From contig JARQZL010000016.1 of the NCBI GenBank assembly GCA_029984855.1, positions 1,482 to 65,481 on the forward strand: a stretch of 64,000 nucleotides of DNA, read 5' to 3'. Every line of letters starts with the position of its first letter. Positions within the stretch are counted from its first letter, which is position 1. Source of the DNA: Archaeoglobales archaeon (GTDB lineage: Archaea; Halobacteriota; Archaeoglobi; Archaeoglobales; Archaeoglobaceae). The position numbers and the translations under genes are program-made. Below are positions 1 through 9,982 of the stretch, piece after piece. Below the pieces are notes generated by a model, which had not been told where the DNA came from, did not search any database, and worked only from the letters and a program-made list of their open reading frames with translations.

Positions 1-117
1 TGTACCCATCTCATATTTCAGTAATTCCAATCCCTCTTCTATGCTATCCAATTCCTTTTCTATTATAGAATGCAGTTCTTTCTCGTTTTTTGGCTTATAT
101 TTTTTTAATGTTGCCAT
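1..117 (-). CDS. N-terminal 39 codons of a DUF91/NucS-like nuclease-related protein; the gene runs off the left edge
   Basis: ATG at 117-115 is preceded by GGAGGTG (rc of 125-131). The translation MATLKKYKPKNEKELHSIIEKELDSIEEGLELLKYEMGT has the E-L-x3-I-x7-IEEGL start typical of that family. It is absent from the ORF track because it is open at the edge. Confidence 0.4.
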   Translation of the reverse strand, partial: MATLKKYKPKNEKELHSIIEKELDSIEEGLELLKYEMGT

Positions 118-230
118 TTTCTTTCACCTCCTTTAGAGCAGCGGACGATTTCGGACAACTTAGAATATACGAAACTTCATGTCATCTCCAATTCTGGCGG
201 GATATACGAACTTACTCATTCTTTAATATA

Positions 231-254
231 CCAGCATGTCCCAGCTTTTAATCT
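231..254 (-). promoter_or_regulatory. 24-bp element AGATTAAAAGCTGGGACATGCTGG (read on the minus strand): TATA-like box plus GCTGG-N5-GCTGG; perfect inverted copy of 28757-28780
   Basis: Direct comparison of both strands. It lies 114 nt upstream of the ATG at 117, and the following leader is also partly similar to the leader after the second copy. Confidence 0.55.
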
Positions 255-380
255 TACTCAGCTTAGCCATGTAAGTATAAATCTTGTCTTTTTCGAGTTT
301 TCAACAGCTCCTGAGCAGTTATACCTTTAACACCGAAAGCACGAAAAAAGTTTATTAAACACATCACCAACGCATGCAGG

Positions 381-1388
381 ATGGGCAGTGTAAAGGATCT
401 GGTGGTTTTGAAGAAGCCTGGAAAAGAGCCAGGCGTCGGGCGATTCATTTTCTCCGACCGCTATTCTGTCTTTGACTACGGTGAGATGCCCGACAGGATA
501 GATGGTAAGGGCAGGGCACTCTGCCTGATTTCAGCCCACTTCTTTGAGAAACTTGAGAAGGAAGGCATATCAAACCACTATATCGGTGTGGTTGAAGAAG
601 GAGAAGTTAAAAAACTCAAAGAGCTCGAGGAACCAAGCAACGTTATGGAAATCAGACTTGTCAGGGTTATTAAGCCCATCAGAACGAACGGGTATGATTA
701 CAGTCCTATCAAATCTGAAAACGCAAATTTCTTGCTGCCACTTGAGGTTATATACCGGAACTTTCTGCCTGAAGGTTCAAGTATCTTCAAAAGGCTGAAA
801 AAAGGGCTTATAACTCCAGAACAGCTTGGGTTGAAAAAAATGCCTGAACCAGGTCAGAAACTCGAAAAACCCATCATAGAAGCAAGTACGAAGCTTGAAA
901 GCGAAGATCGCTACATTGACTGGAGTGAAGCAATAAAAATTTCCGGGTTGAGTAAAGAGGAGTTTGAAGAACTGGAATCGATTACCATACGTGTAGATGA
1001 AATTATTACGGGGGAGGTATCGAAAGCAGGAATTGTGAATGAAGATGGCAAGCTTGAGTTTGCATTCGACGAAAAAAGGAAGCTTATGGTTGTGGATACT
1101 GTTGGAACTCCAGACGAGTGCCGCTTTGACTTTAATGGCATGCAGATAAGCAAGGAAGTCCTCAGGTGTTACTACAGGCAGACGGAGTGGTACAGAAAAC
1201 TTGAAAAGTTTAAAGGGCAGATGAACTGGAGAGAAAAGGCTGGAGTTCCACCAGAACTACCGGAAGAGCTTAAAAACGCAGTTTCTGAGATGTACATGGC
1301 ATGCTGTAATGAAATAACTGGTATAAAGTTTTTTGACGTTGGAAGGCTTGGAGATGTAATAAGAAAGCTGAGGGAGCAGATAGCATGA
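381..1388 (+). CDS. purC: Phosphoribosylaminoimidazole-succinocarboxamide (SAICAR) synthase, long form
   Basis: 335-aa ORF. GSVKDL...FSDRYSVFDYG...GKGRALC...FFEKLEKEGISNHYIG matches the SAICAR synthetase N-terminal signature. It overlaps the carA start by 4 nt. Confidence 0.85.
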   Translation: MGSVKDLVVLKKPGKEPGVGRFIFSDRYSVFDYGEMPDRIDGKGRALCLISAHFFEKLEKEGISNHYIGVVEEGEVKKLKELEEPSNVMEIRLVRVIKPIRTNGYDYSPIKSENANFLLPLEVIYRNFLPEGSSIFKRLKKGLITPEQLGLKKMPEPGQKLEKPIIEASTKLESEDRYIDWSEAIKISGLSKEEFEELESITIRVDEIITGEVSKAGIVNEDGKLEFAFDEKRKLMVVDTVGTPDECRFDFNGMQISKEVLRCYYRQTEWYRKLEKFKGQMNWREKAGVPPELPEELKNAVSEMYMACCNEITGIKFFDVGRLGDVIRKLREQIA

Positions 1389-2458
1389 AAGCTGCTCTTG
1401 CAATCGAAGACGGAACTTTTGTAGAAGGCTTCGGATTTGGAAGTGAGGGGATTGCAGAAGGAGAGCTCGTTTTCAATACATCCATGACGGGCTACGTTGA
1501 AGCTTTGACGGATCCAAGCTATGCTGGTCAGATTCTCATGATGACCTATCCCCTCATAGGCAACTACGGCGTTTGCAGAGATGATTTTGAAAGCGAGGGA
1601 GTTAAAGTTGAGGGTTTTGTCGTGAGAGAGCTTTGTAAAAAACCCAGTAACTGGAGAAGTCAGCTTAGTGTTGATGAATTGCTCAAAGAGTACGGAGTTC
1701 CAGGCATCGAAAGCATCGATACGAGGATGCTGACGAAGAAGACGAGGATATATGGAGCTATGAAAGCCGTTCTTGCAGTTGGCGATTACGACAGGGATGA
1801 ACTTCTTAAAAAGGCTGTGGAGCAGCCCTCCATTACTGAACTCGATCTCGTCGGCAGGGTTTGCGTAAAAGAACCGGTACGTATGGAGGCGAAGGGCAAG
1901 TATGAAGTTGTACTGGTTGACTGCGGGATTAAGCTGAGCATAGCGAGGCAGATGATTAAGAGAGGAATCAACGTTACTCTTGTTCCCTATAACTATCCTG
2001 CCAGAGAAATCCTCGAAATTGATCCAGATGGTGTTTTCATATCCAATGGCCCCGGTGATCCGGCAAGAGTTAAGCAAACAATCGAGACGATAAGGAAGCT
2101 TGCAGGAAAGCTGCCAATGGCCGGAATATGCCTTGGCCATCAGCTTATTGGCCTGGCTATGGGAGCAAAGACGTTCAAGCTCAAATTTGGTCATAGAGGG
2201 GCTAATCAGCCCGTTAAGGACTTTGAAACAGGCAGAGTGTTCATCTCAAGCCAGAATCACGGCTTTGCAGTAGACGATAAGACTCTACCTCCAGATATGG
2301 AAGTCACTCAGATAAACCTGAACGATCACACTGTTGAAGGCTTAAGGCACAAAGACTATCCGCTGATATGCGTTCAGTATCATCCAGAAGCGTCTCCAGG
2401 CCCCCATGACACGTACTTCTTCTTCGACAGCTTTGTAGAAATGCTTGCAGAGTATTAG
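1385..2458 (+). CDS. carA: Carbamoyl-phosphate synthase small (glutaminase) subunit
   Basis: 357 aa. It has the class-I amidotransferase triad region GICLGHQL...HGFAV...QYHPEA and a typical CarA N-domain. Confidence 0.95.
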   Translation: MKAALAIEDGTFVEGFGFGSEGIAEGELVFNTSMTGYVEALTDPSYAGQILMMTYPLIGNYGVCRDDFESEGVKVEGFVVRELCKKPSNWRSQLSVDELLKEYGVPGIESIDTRMLTKKTRIYGAMKAVLAVGDYDRDELLKKAVEQPSITELDLVGRVCVKEPVRMEAKGKYEVVLVDCGIKLSIARQMIKRGINVTLVPYNYPAREILEIDPDGVFISNGPGDPARVKQTIETIRKLAGKLPMAGICLGHQLIGLAMGAKTFKLKFGHRGANQPVKDFETGRVFISSQNHGFAVDDKTLPPDMEVTQINLNDHTVEGLRHKDYPLICVQYHPEASPGPHDTYFFFDSFVEMLAEY

Positions 2459-2466
2459 GTGGAAAG

Positions 2467-5400
2467 ATGCCTAAGCGTGAAGACATCAAAAAGATCATGG
2501 TCGTAGGTTCAGGGCCGATAGTGATTGGGCAGGCAGCCGAGTTCGATTATTCAGGCAGCCAGGCATGCAAGGCTTTGCGTGAGGAGGGATACGAGGTAGT
2601 ACTTGTAAACTCAAATCCAGCCACAATAATGACCGACCCGGGGATGGCCGATAAGACGTATATAGAACCACTGACTGCAGATGTGGTTGCGAGGATTGTT
2701 GAGAGAGAGATGCCAGATGCTCTGCTTCCAACTCTCGGTGGTCAAACAGCATTGAATATCGCAGTTCAGCTTGGCGAAATGGGAATCCTTGACAAATACG
2801 GAGTTGAGCTCATAGGTGCAAAGCTCGATGCAATAAAGAAGGCCGAGGACAGAGAACTATTCAAAGAGTGCATGCACCGCATTGGCCTTGAGGTTCCGGG
2901 GAGTGATATCGCCAGTGATGTGAGTGAAGCTTTGGCGATTGCGGAAGAAATAGGTTATCCTGTGGTTGTGAGGCCTGCCTTCACTCTTGGTGGAACTGGA
3001 GGGGGTATAGCGTATAATCGCGAGGAACTGAGGGAAATAGCAGCTCACGGCCTTGAAATGTCGATGATAAACCAGGTACTCATCGAAGAGGGCGTAATTG
3101 GGTGGAAAGAGTTTGAACTCGAGGTAATGAGGGATTTAGCAGACAACGTTGTGATAATATGCTCAATCGAGAATTTCGACCCTATGGGTGTGCACACTGG
3201 AGATAGCATAACCGTCGCTCCAGCCCAAACTCTTAGCGATGTAGAATACCAGCGTTTGAGGGATGCATCGATAGCCATAATAAGGGAAATAGGAGTTGAG
3301 ACTGGAGGGAGCAACATACAGTTTGCTGTCCATCCCACAACTGATCGCATCGTTGCGATAGAGATGAATCCCCGTGTAAGTCGTTCTTCAGCCTTAGCCT
3401 CAAAAGCAACAGGCTTTCCCATTGCGAAAATAGCTGCGAAGCTTGCAGTTGGATACACGCTCGATGAAATTCCCAACGATATAACGAAGGAAACACCTGC
3501 GAGCTTTGAACCGACAATAGACTATGTGGTTGTCAAAGTTCCCCGCTTTGCCTTTGACAAATTCCCAATGGCAGATGCAGTTCTCGGCAGTCAGATGAAG
3601 AGTGTTGGAGAGGTAATGGCCATCGGCAGAACATTCGAAGAAGCGTTGCAGAAGGCGTTGAGAAGCCTTGAAATCGGCCGCTATGGTATTGGGAGCGATG
3701 GAAAGGATAAGGATGAAACGATGGAGGAGATACTGAACAAACTTCGATACCCAAATGCTGAAAGAGTTTTTTACATCAGGTATGCCCTGCAAAATGGCTT
3801 CAGCGTTGAGGAGATTTATGAACTAACAAGAATAGACCCCTGGTTCATTGATAAGATTAAGAACATCGTCGAGATGGAGAAAGAGCTGAAGGAGCTCGCT
3901 GCCAAGCATTCAATTGATGAAGTGCCCGATGAGGTATTGCGTAAGGCAAAGAAGCTTGGCTTCTCTGATGTGCAGCTTGCGAAAATATTTGGAGTTAGAG
4001 AAGAGGAAATCCGGAAGAGAAGAAAGAAATCGGGAATAACTGCGGTCTTCAAGATGGTGGATACGTGTGCTGCTGAATTTGAGGCCAAAACACCTTACTA
4101 CTATTCAACGTATGAGGAAGAGAACGATGCGAGGCCAACCGATAGACCGAAAGTAATGATTCTTGGTGGCGGGCCAAACCGCATAGGTCAGGGTATAGAA
4201 TTCGATTACTGCTGTTGTCATGCAGTCTTCAGCCTTGCAGAGGATGGATACGAGACTATAATGGTTAATAATAACCCTGAGACTGTTTCAACGGACTACG
4301 ACACCTCCGATAGACTTTACTTCGAGCCGATAACGCATGAAGATGTGATGAACATATACGAGAACGAAAAGCCTGTGGGCGTGATAGTCCAGTTTGGAGG
4401 GCAGACACCGCTCAACATATCGAGGCAGCTTGAAAGCAGCGGGGCAAGAATTCTTGGAACTTCTGTCGATTCCATAGATATAGCAGAAGATAGAGAGAGG
4501 TTTGCAGAACTCTGCAGAAAGCTCAGCATTCCGCAGCCAGAGAACGGCATAGCCTACAGCATAGAGGAGGCAAAGGAGATTGCAGCAAAAATAGGTTACC
4601 CCGTTCTTGTTCGCCCATCCTACGTTTTAGGCGGTAGGGCGATGGAGATAGTCTACGATGTTGAAACTCTGGAAAGGTACATTACCGAGGCTCTTGAGGT
4701 CAGTCCGGAGAAACCGATACTGATAGACAAGTTTCTTGAGGATGCAATCGAGGTTGAAGTTGACGCCTTGTGCGATTGTGAAGATGTTGTCATAGGCGGA
4801 ATAATGGAGCATATAGAAGAGGCGGGGGTGCACAGTGGAGATTCCGCATGTGTCCTTCCACCAGTTTCTCTCTCTCAGGACATCATCGATACCATAGAGG
4901 ACTACACGAGGAGGATGGCAATTGAACTGAAGGTTGTTGGTCTGATAAATATCCAGTATGCTGTCAAGGACAGTACAGTTTACGTGCTGGAAGCAAATCC
5001 GAGGGCGAGCAGAACTGTCCCGTATATAAGCAAGGCTACCGGATTACCTCTGGCAAAAATAGCTGCAAAGCTTATGATGGGCAAAAAACTGAGAGAGCTG
5101 GGCGTTAAGGAGGTGAAGCCCAAACATGTTGCAGTAAAAGAGGCGGTATTCCCGTTCATCAAGCTGCCCGGCGTCGATCCCGTTCTTGGCCCGGAAATGA
5201 AGTCAACGGGAGAGGTTATGGGTATTGACTACGATTTTGGTGTTGCTTACTACAAGGCGGAACTTGCTGCTGGCATGCGTTTGCCAACTAATGGGACAGT
5301 GTTTATAAGCGTGAGGAAGGCAGATAGAGAGAAAGTTTTGCCTGTGGCCAGAAAGCTGTACGAACTCGGTTTTAAGATAACTGCAACGGACGGAACTGCC

Positions 5401-5697
5401 CGATTCTTGAACTCCAATGGCATTCCTGCAGGGGTAATATACAAGGTCAGTCAGGGCAGACCCAACATAGTTGATGCGATAATAAACAGGCAGGTTGATC
5501 TGATAATAAATACACCTACGGGGAAAAAAGGAAAAACTGAGGGCTACATGATAAGAAGGACAGCAGTTGACCACAACGTGCCCTACATTACCACAGTTTC
5601 CGGGGCTATAGCTGCAGTTAGAGGGATAGAGGCGATAAAAAAGGCGAAGATGACGATAAAATCGATTCAGGAGTACCATGAAGAAGCGAGAAATTGA
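2467..5697 (+). CDS. carB: Carbamoyl-phosphate synthase large subunit
   Basis: 1076 aa with duplicated ATP-grasp halves ([21 protein letters not shown] / [20 protein letters not shown]) and a C-terminal MGS-like domain. Confidence 0.97.
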   Translation: MPKREDIKKIMVVGSGPIVIGQAAEFDYSGSQACKALREEGYEVVLVNSNPATIMTDPGMADKTYIEPLTADVVARIVEREMPDALLPTLGGQTALNIAVQLGEMGILDKYGVELIGAKLDAIKKAEDRELFKECMHRIGLEVPGSDIASDVSEALAIAEEIGYPVVVRPAFTLGGTGGGIAYNREELREIAAHGLEMSMINQVLIEEGVIGWKEFELEVMRDLADNVVIICSIENFDPMGVHTGDSITVAPAQTLSDVEYQRLRDASIAIIREIGVETGGSNIQFAVHPTTDRIVAIEMNPRVSRSSALASKATGFPIAKIAAKLAVGYTLDEIPNDITKETPASFEPTIDYVVVKVPRFAFDKFPMADAVLGSQMKSVGEVMAIGRTFEEALQKALRSLEIGRYGIGSDGKDKDETMEEILNKLRYPNAERVFYIRYALQNGFSVEEIYELTRIDPWFIDKIKNIVEMEKELKELAAKHSIDEVPDEVLRKAKKLGFSDVQLAKIFGVREEEIRKRRKKSGITAVFKMVDTCAAEFEAKTPYYYSTYEEENDARPTDRPKVMILGGGPNRIGQGIEFDYCCCHAVFSLAEDGYETIMVNNNPETVSTDYDTSDRLYFEPITHEDVMNIYENEKPVGVIVQFGGQTPLNISRQLESSGARILGTSVDSIDIAEDRERFAELCRKLSIPQPENGIAYSIEEAKEIAAKIGYPVLVRPSYVLGGRAMEIVYDVETLERYITEALEVSPEKPILIDKFLEDAIEVEVDALCDCEDVVIGGIMEHIEEAGVHSGDSACVLPPVSLSQDIIDTIEDYTRRMAIELKVVGLINIQYAVKDSTVYVLEANPRASRTVPYISKATGLPLAKIAAKLMMGKKLRELGVKEVKPKHVAVKEAVFPFIKLPGVDPVLGPEMKSTGEVMGIDYDFGVAYYKAELAAGMRLPTNGTVFISVRKADREKVLPVARKLYELGFKITATDGTARFLNSNGIPAGVIYKVSQGRPNIVDAIINRQVDLIINTPTGKKGKTEGYMIRRTAVDHNVPYITTVSGAIAAVRGIEAIKKAKMTIKSIQEYHEEARN

Positions 5698-6361
5698 ATT
5701 TGCAAACATTGACCACGAGAGGCTTTGCAGGGCTGGAAAGCCGGAAGCTGTATTTGCGGAGTTCAAAGAACCGAAGGAGGTTGTGGAGATTGCCCATGAG
5801 TACGTTGACAGATGTGGAGAGGTTCTGATTACGAGGGCAAATGAAGAGCAAATAGAGGCATTACTTGAGGAGTTCAGGAGTTTTAGTGTTAGAATCAACA
5901 GAAAGGCGAGGACTGTGGTTATCAGGAGAGAGGAGGCTGAAAGGCAGAAAGCAGGAAAGGTGGCAATACTGACGGCAGGAACTTCAGACATTCCAGTTGC
6001 AGAAGAAGCAGCAGAAACTGCGGAATTCCTCGGAATGGATGTGATGAAGTTCTACGATGTTGGAGTTGCTGGCATCCACAGGTTGCTTGATCCGATCAAG
6101 AGAATCAGGGAGGAAGAAGTGGATGCTGCGATAGTGGTTGCAGGGATGGAGGGAGCTTTACCATCTGTTGTTGCTGGACTCACTGACAGGCCCGTGATTG
6201 CAGTCCCAACCTCAGTTGGTTATGGCGTGAACTTAGGAGGTTTAACAACTCTGTTTGCCATGCTCCAGAGCTGCTCTTCGGGCGTTGCAGTGGTAAACAT
6301 CGATAATGGGTTTGGTGCTGCAGTTTTTGCCCATCTTATTGCGAGGGTTGCGAGGTTATAA
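5678..6361 (+). CDS. larB: LarB-type PurE-like carboxylase/hydrolase (pyridinium-3,5-biscarboxylic acid mononucleotide synthase)
   Basis: 227 aa. [15 protein letters not shown]...[11 protein letters not shown]...[16 protein letters not shown]...PTSVGYG...[11 protein letters not shown] is the LarB/NCAIR-mutase-related signature. It overlaps the carB end by 20 nt. Confidence 0.8.
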   Translation: MKKREIEFANIDHERLCRAGKPEAVFAEFKEPKEVVEIAHEYVDRCGEVLITRANEEQIEALLEEFRSFSVRINRKARTVVIRREEAERQKAGKVAILTAGTSDIPVAEEAAETAEFLGMDVMKFYDVGVAGIHRLLDPIKRIREEEVDAAIVVAGMEGALPSVVAGLTDRPVIAVPTSVGYGVNLGGLTTLFAMLQSCSSGVAVVNIDNGFGAAVFAHLIARVARL

Positions 6362-7316
6362 GCAATTCAACCTTTCTCAACCCGTCCTCTTTACCCAGGA
6401 TATAGAGCACATCTCCTTTATAGAGAATCGTGTCGGGTTCAGGGAATATTACCTCCTCTCCTCTTTCTATCGCCACAACCATACAGCCCGTCAGTTTTCT
6501 CAGATTTGTCTCCTTTATTGTCTCCCCTGCAAACTCATCGTTTTTGAGCTCCATTTTCTCAAGCATTACGGTACCCTCTCTACCAACAACCTCAATGAAG
6601 TCTGCAGCTGTCGGTCTTTTTACGGCTATTGCCACCTTTCTGGCAACATCTCTGTAGGGAGACAGCAGCATGTCAACTCCTACTCTTTTGAGCTTTCTCT
6701 CACCAGCAGGCGTTCTGAGGACAGCCAAAGTGTATATTTCCGGATTCAGATCCTTTGCAACTATGACGGCAAATGCATTTGATGAATCTCTCTCCATGCA
6801 GGCTATCAGACTTCTTGCCTTTTTCACCCCTGCCTTTTCAAGTATCTCCTCCTCAGTTGCATCACCCTGAACGGCAAGAAATCCATTTTCTCTTGCTATG
6901 GCTATCTTATTCGGATCCAGATCAACAATTACAACCTTTTCGGCAGGTAGTTCTTTGGAAATCTCTATTCCCATTTTACCGTAACCGCATACAATATAGT
7001 GTCCTGATATCTTTTCAAGCACCTTTCTCCACCTCTCTCCTCTTTTTTCGATCAGAATGGGTATAATTGAGTTTATCGAGTAGAGGAAGATGGCAACGCC
7101 GAAGATCATGAGAAACATTGAGAGGGTTTTTCCTGCAATGCTCAATCTGCCAACCTCTTTGTAGCCTGTTGTTGTAATTGTCATTACAGTCATATAGAGG
7201 CAGTCGAACAGTGGCCACCCCTCTATTAAGTAGTATCCCAAGGTACCAAGAGCCGTGACTGCAGTGAGAAGAAGTACAAGATAAACAACCTGCCTCCCGA
7301 TGTTATTGGCCATCAA
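6336..7316 (-). CDS. MthK-like 2-TM potassium-channel family protein with RCK (TrkA-N/TrkA-C) domains and a non-canonical pore sequence
   Basis: 326 aa with two N-terminal hydrophobic helices flanking [11 protein letters not shown], then IVCGYGKMG (Rossmann RCK) and a TrkA-C-like tail. Confidence 0.8.
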   Translation of the reverse strand: MMANNIGRQVVYLVLLLTAVTALGTLGYYLIEGWPLFDCLYMTVMTITTTGYKEVGRLSIAGKTLSMFLMIFGVAIFLYSINSIIPILIEKRGERWRKVLEKISGHYIVCGYGKMGIEISKELPAEKVVIVDLDPNKIAIARENGFLAVQGDATEEEILEKAGVKKARSLIACMERDSSNAFAVIVAKDLNPEIYTLAVLRTPAGERKLKRVGVDMLLSPYRDVARKVAIAVKRPTAADFIEVVGREGTVMLEKMELKNDEFAGETIKETNLRKLTGCMVVAIERGEEVIFPEPDTILYKGDVLYILGKEDGLRKVELLITSQPSQ

Positions 7317-7376
7317 TCAAAAATAACAGAAGTGGTTAAAATTTTTAGCGATTGGTAAATTGAAAGTATGCACGGA

Positions 7377-8339
7377 TTAAGAAGACTCCGGTCTCATAAA
7401 CTTCTTGCTCTCCACTTCGTTGTGCAACTTCTTTGCCCTGTCGTAGTACTTTTCCGCTTCATCAAATTTCATCATATCATTGTATAAAGCCCCGATATAA
7501 CCGTATGTATCTGCCACATAGCTCAGCCACTTTTCATCTTCATTTGCAAGGCTGTCAAATACGGTGAGAGCCTCTCTATGGTATTCTTCTGACTCCTCAT
7601 ATCTGTGGAGCTTTCTATAAACCACACCTATGTTATTAAACAGTATCCCGAGCGGTGGAAGGTAATTTCTATCACTCTCGGCAAGCTTCACGAGTATCTT
7701 CTCACTCTCTTTATAGAACTTCTCTGCAGTATTCAGCTTTTTTATCCTTTCGTAGAAAACACCAGCGTTATAAAGAGATTCTGCAAGTTCCGCCTCGCTA
7801 CCAGATTTTCTTCTGATTTCAAGGGCCCAGTTCAAGTACTTCTCAGCCTCATCGTTCCTCTTCAAATCCATGTACAGGATAGCAAGTTCATTAAGGACTT
7901 CTGCCAGCATGGGAAGATAGCTTTCGTCCTCTTCAGATAACTCTTTAAGTATACGCTCCGCTTCTTTGAATATCTTCTCTGCTTTGTCCTTCATTTTCAT
8001 CTGGCATATTGCTCTCCCACCACGTATGAGGAATTTTGCCTCCAAATCCGGCACTCTAAGCCTTCTGCATAGCTTTGCTGTAGTAAGTGAGGAAACTGCC
8101 AGATTTGAGATGCTCTCCTTATCATCTTTTCCTTCAGAGAGGTAGGAATAGTGAGAGAAGTAAACGAGGAGAAGAAGGTTTTTCCAGTTTTCATCAATGT
8201 TTGCAACGGACACTGGATCAGCAAAGAGATTTGCAGTAGCTTTTTTGATCTCCTCTGGTGCATTTTCTGTTATAACTGTAATCGCATTCAGGGGTGTGCC
8301 CTTTCTTACCATCTCTACAACCTCACCAACAACATCCAT
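7377..8339 (-). CDS. Tetratricopeptide-repeat protein
   Basis: 320 aa with repeated 34-aa A-x-x-Y-Y-x-x-A-L-x-I modules (e.g. AEKYLNWALEIRRK, AEKFYKESEKIL, AEKYYDRAKKL). Confidence 0.7.
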   Translation of the reverse strand: MDVVGEVVEMVRKGTPLNAITVITENAPEEIKKATANLFADPVSVANIDENWKNLLLLVYFSHYSYLSEGKDDKESISNLAVSSLTTAKLCRRLRVPDLEAKFLIRGGRAICQMKMKDKAEKIFKEAERILKELSEEDESYLPMLAEVLNELAILYMDLKRNDEAEKYLNWALEIRRKSGSEAELAESLYNAGVFYERIKKLNTAEKFYKESEKILVKLAESDRNYLPPLGILFNNIGVVYRKLHRYEESEEYHREALTVFDSLANEDEKWLSYVADTYGYIGALYNDMMKFDEAEKYYDRAKKLHNEVESKKFMRPESS

Positions 8340-8518
8340 GTCTGCGGTTCTGGCATGAAGTATTTAAAGCTAACCTTTCTAATAAGCTTTAAAGGTATGG
8401 GTCAGTATATCTATAACTATAATTATATAATTATTTTCAGAGTTGAATGATAAAGATATCGGATGCCTGAAGAGTGCCTGAGAGTAAAGGATATATCGAA
8501 ATCCTCAGAGTTAATATC

Positions 8519-9094
8519 ATGACAGTTCTGAAGGAGGTCTTATTCAACAGGGTAAGATTTAAACTTGTTCAAGGGGATATAACAAAGTGTGGAGCTGAGG
8601 CCATAGTAAATGCGGCGAACAAGCATCTGGTGCATGGAGGTGGTGTGGCTCTGGCAATTGCAAGAGCTGCAGCAAAAAATCCTGAGGAGTACACAGGTAT
8701 AAGCAGGGAAGAGATGAAGAAGCAGATCGGGAGGGACTACATAGAACATGGAGAAGTCGTAGTCACACCAGGTCTTTTGCTTGAAAAAACTGGAACGAGG
8801 TATGTTATCCACACTGTTGGCCCAGTCTGCAGAGGATGGAACAGCACAGCCAAGGAAAAGCTGAGAAAAGCTTTAATCGCACCGCTGAGAAAAGCAGATG
8901 AAATGGGGCTGAAATCAATAGCGTTTCCTGCTGTAAGTGCAGGCATCTATGGCTGCCCGCTTGAAGAGGTAATCAAGACGATTTTAGAGGTTGTTGGGGG
9001 ATTTTCAGCAAAAAGTCTTGAGGAAGTATTTCTTGTTCTCTATGACGAAAGATCTGCGAGTAAAGCATTGGAAGTTCTGGAGTCACACACCTGA
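8519..9094 (+). CDS. Macro-domain (ADP-ribose binding / O-acetyl-ADP-ribose deacetylase) protein, AF1521-like
   Basis: LVQGDITKCGAEAIVNAAN...HGGGVA...HTVGP...IAFPAVSAGIYG. It is co-linear with my recollection of Archaeoglobus fulgidus AF1521. I prefer the ATG at 8519 over the GTG at 8474 in the ORF track. Confidence 0.85.
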   Translation: MTVLKEVLFNRVRFKLVQGDITKCGAEAIVNAANKHLVHGGGVALAIARAAAKNPEEYTGISREEMKKQIGRDYIEHGEVVVTPGLLLEKTGTRYVIHTVGPVCRGWNSTAKEKLRKALIAPLRKADEMGLKSIAFPAVSAGIYGCPLEEVIKTILEVVGGFSAKSLEEVFLVLYDERSASKALEVLESHT

Positions 9095-9099
9095 CAATT

Positions 9100-9981
9100 T
9101 TAACCTGACAACCTCTTCACAACTTTAAGATCAATGACGTACCTGTTCACGTACGGGGCGAAGTTTCCGCATGCACGCATGAACTCCGCTCTGCATTCAA
9201 CACCCTCCTCTCTGAAGAGATTCTCAACTCTTCCGGGTAGCTCTTTCTCTTCTTCTACACCGGCAAACGTGTAATAGTGAATGTAACCACCCTCTTTTGC
9301 CTTTGCTGCTGCAACATCAACAAAGCTTTCGGCGTTGTGAGGGGAGGGCATCAGTATTCTGTCAAACTCGCCTTCAAGCTTCGGAACGATCCTGCGGACG
9401 TCTCCCTCATAAACCCTCACATTTTCTACTTTGTTAACTTCAACGTTCCTTCTGAAGTATTCAACTGCTGCTGGATTCAGTTCCACACCAACAACCTCTT
9501 TCGGCCTTGCATGTTTTGCTATTACAATCGCAAAAGGCCCGACTCCAGCAAACATCACAAGAATGCGCTCTCCCGGCTTTACAAGTCTGGTTATTCTCTC
9601 CCTCTCTCCTGAAAGCCTGATGGAGTAGTAAACTTTCATAGGGTCGAGAAGAAAACGGCATCCATGCTCCTTGGCCATTGTTTCCGTCTTGCCCCCGTGA
9701 ATTACTTCGTACTTCGCAACCCTGTAAACACCATTAACCTCGCCAACTTTTCTCAGCACCGTTTTTACGTGCTTGTGTTTTTTCAGAATCGCATCAACAA
9801 TTAAATTCTTCAGATGCAGAATTTCGTCAGGGAGGTTTATAATTACAACATCTCCAACTATTTCAAAGCTCCTTCTTACCCTCAGGAGCTCCTCTTCGCT
9901 CACTTTTCCTCTCAGCATCCTGCGAAGTGACATCGCTTTCGAAAAAAGCTGGTGAGTTATATCGTTTTTTCGCTCTTTCAA
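9100..9981 (-). CDS. Met-10+/Trm5-Taw2 family class I SAM-dependent tRNA modification enzyme
   Basis: 293 aa. FEIVGDVVIINLPDE, then SAM-binding ILVMFAGVGPFAI...VELNP...DRILM. Confidence 0.7.
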   Translation of the reverse strand: MKERKNDITHQLFSKAMSLRRMLRGKVSEEELLRVRRSFEIVGDVVIINLPDEILHLKNLIVDAILKKHKHVKTVLRKVGEVNGVYRVAKYEVIHGGKTETMAKEHGCRFLLDPMKVYYSIRLSGERERITRLVKPGERILVMFAGVGPFAIVIAKHARPKEVVGVELNPAAVEYFRRNVEVNKVENVRVYEGDVRRIVPKLEGEFDRILMPSPHNAESFVDVAAAKAKEGGYIHYYTFAGVEEEKELPGRVENLFREEGVECRAEFMRACGNFAPYVNRYVIDLKVVKRLSG

Positions 9982-9982
9982 A

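Noticed and set aside
263-448. 61-aa minus-strand ORF overlapping the purC start
   Set aside because: It overlaps the purC promoter and start region, and has no motif or start context.
1172-2194. 340-aa minus-strand ORF antisense to purC/carA
   Set aside because: It lies entirely within well-supported plus-strand genes, has no motifs, and has a low-complexity S/L/F-rich composition typical of shadow ORFs.
5203-5991. 262-aa minus-strand ORF antisense to the carB/larB junction
   Set aside because: Shadow ORF opposite genes with unambiguous signatures. No start context or motifs.
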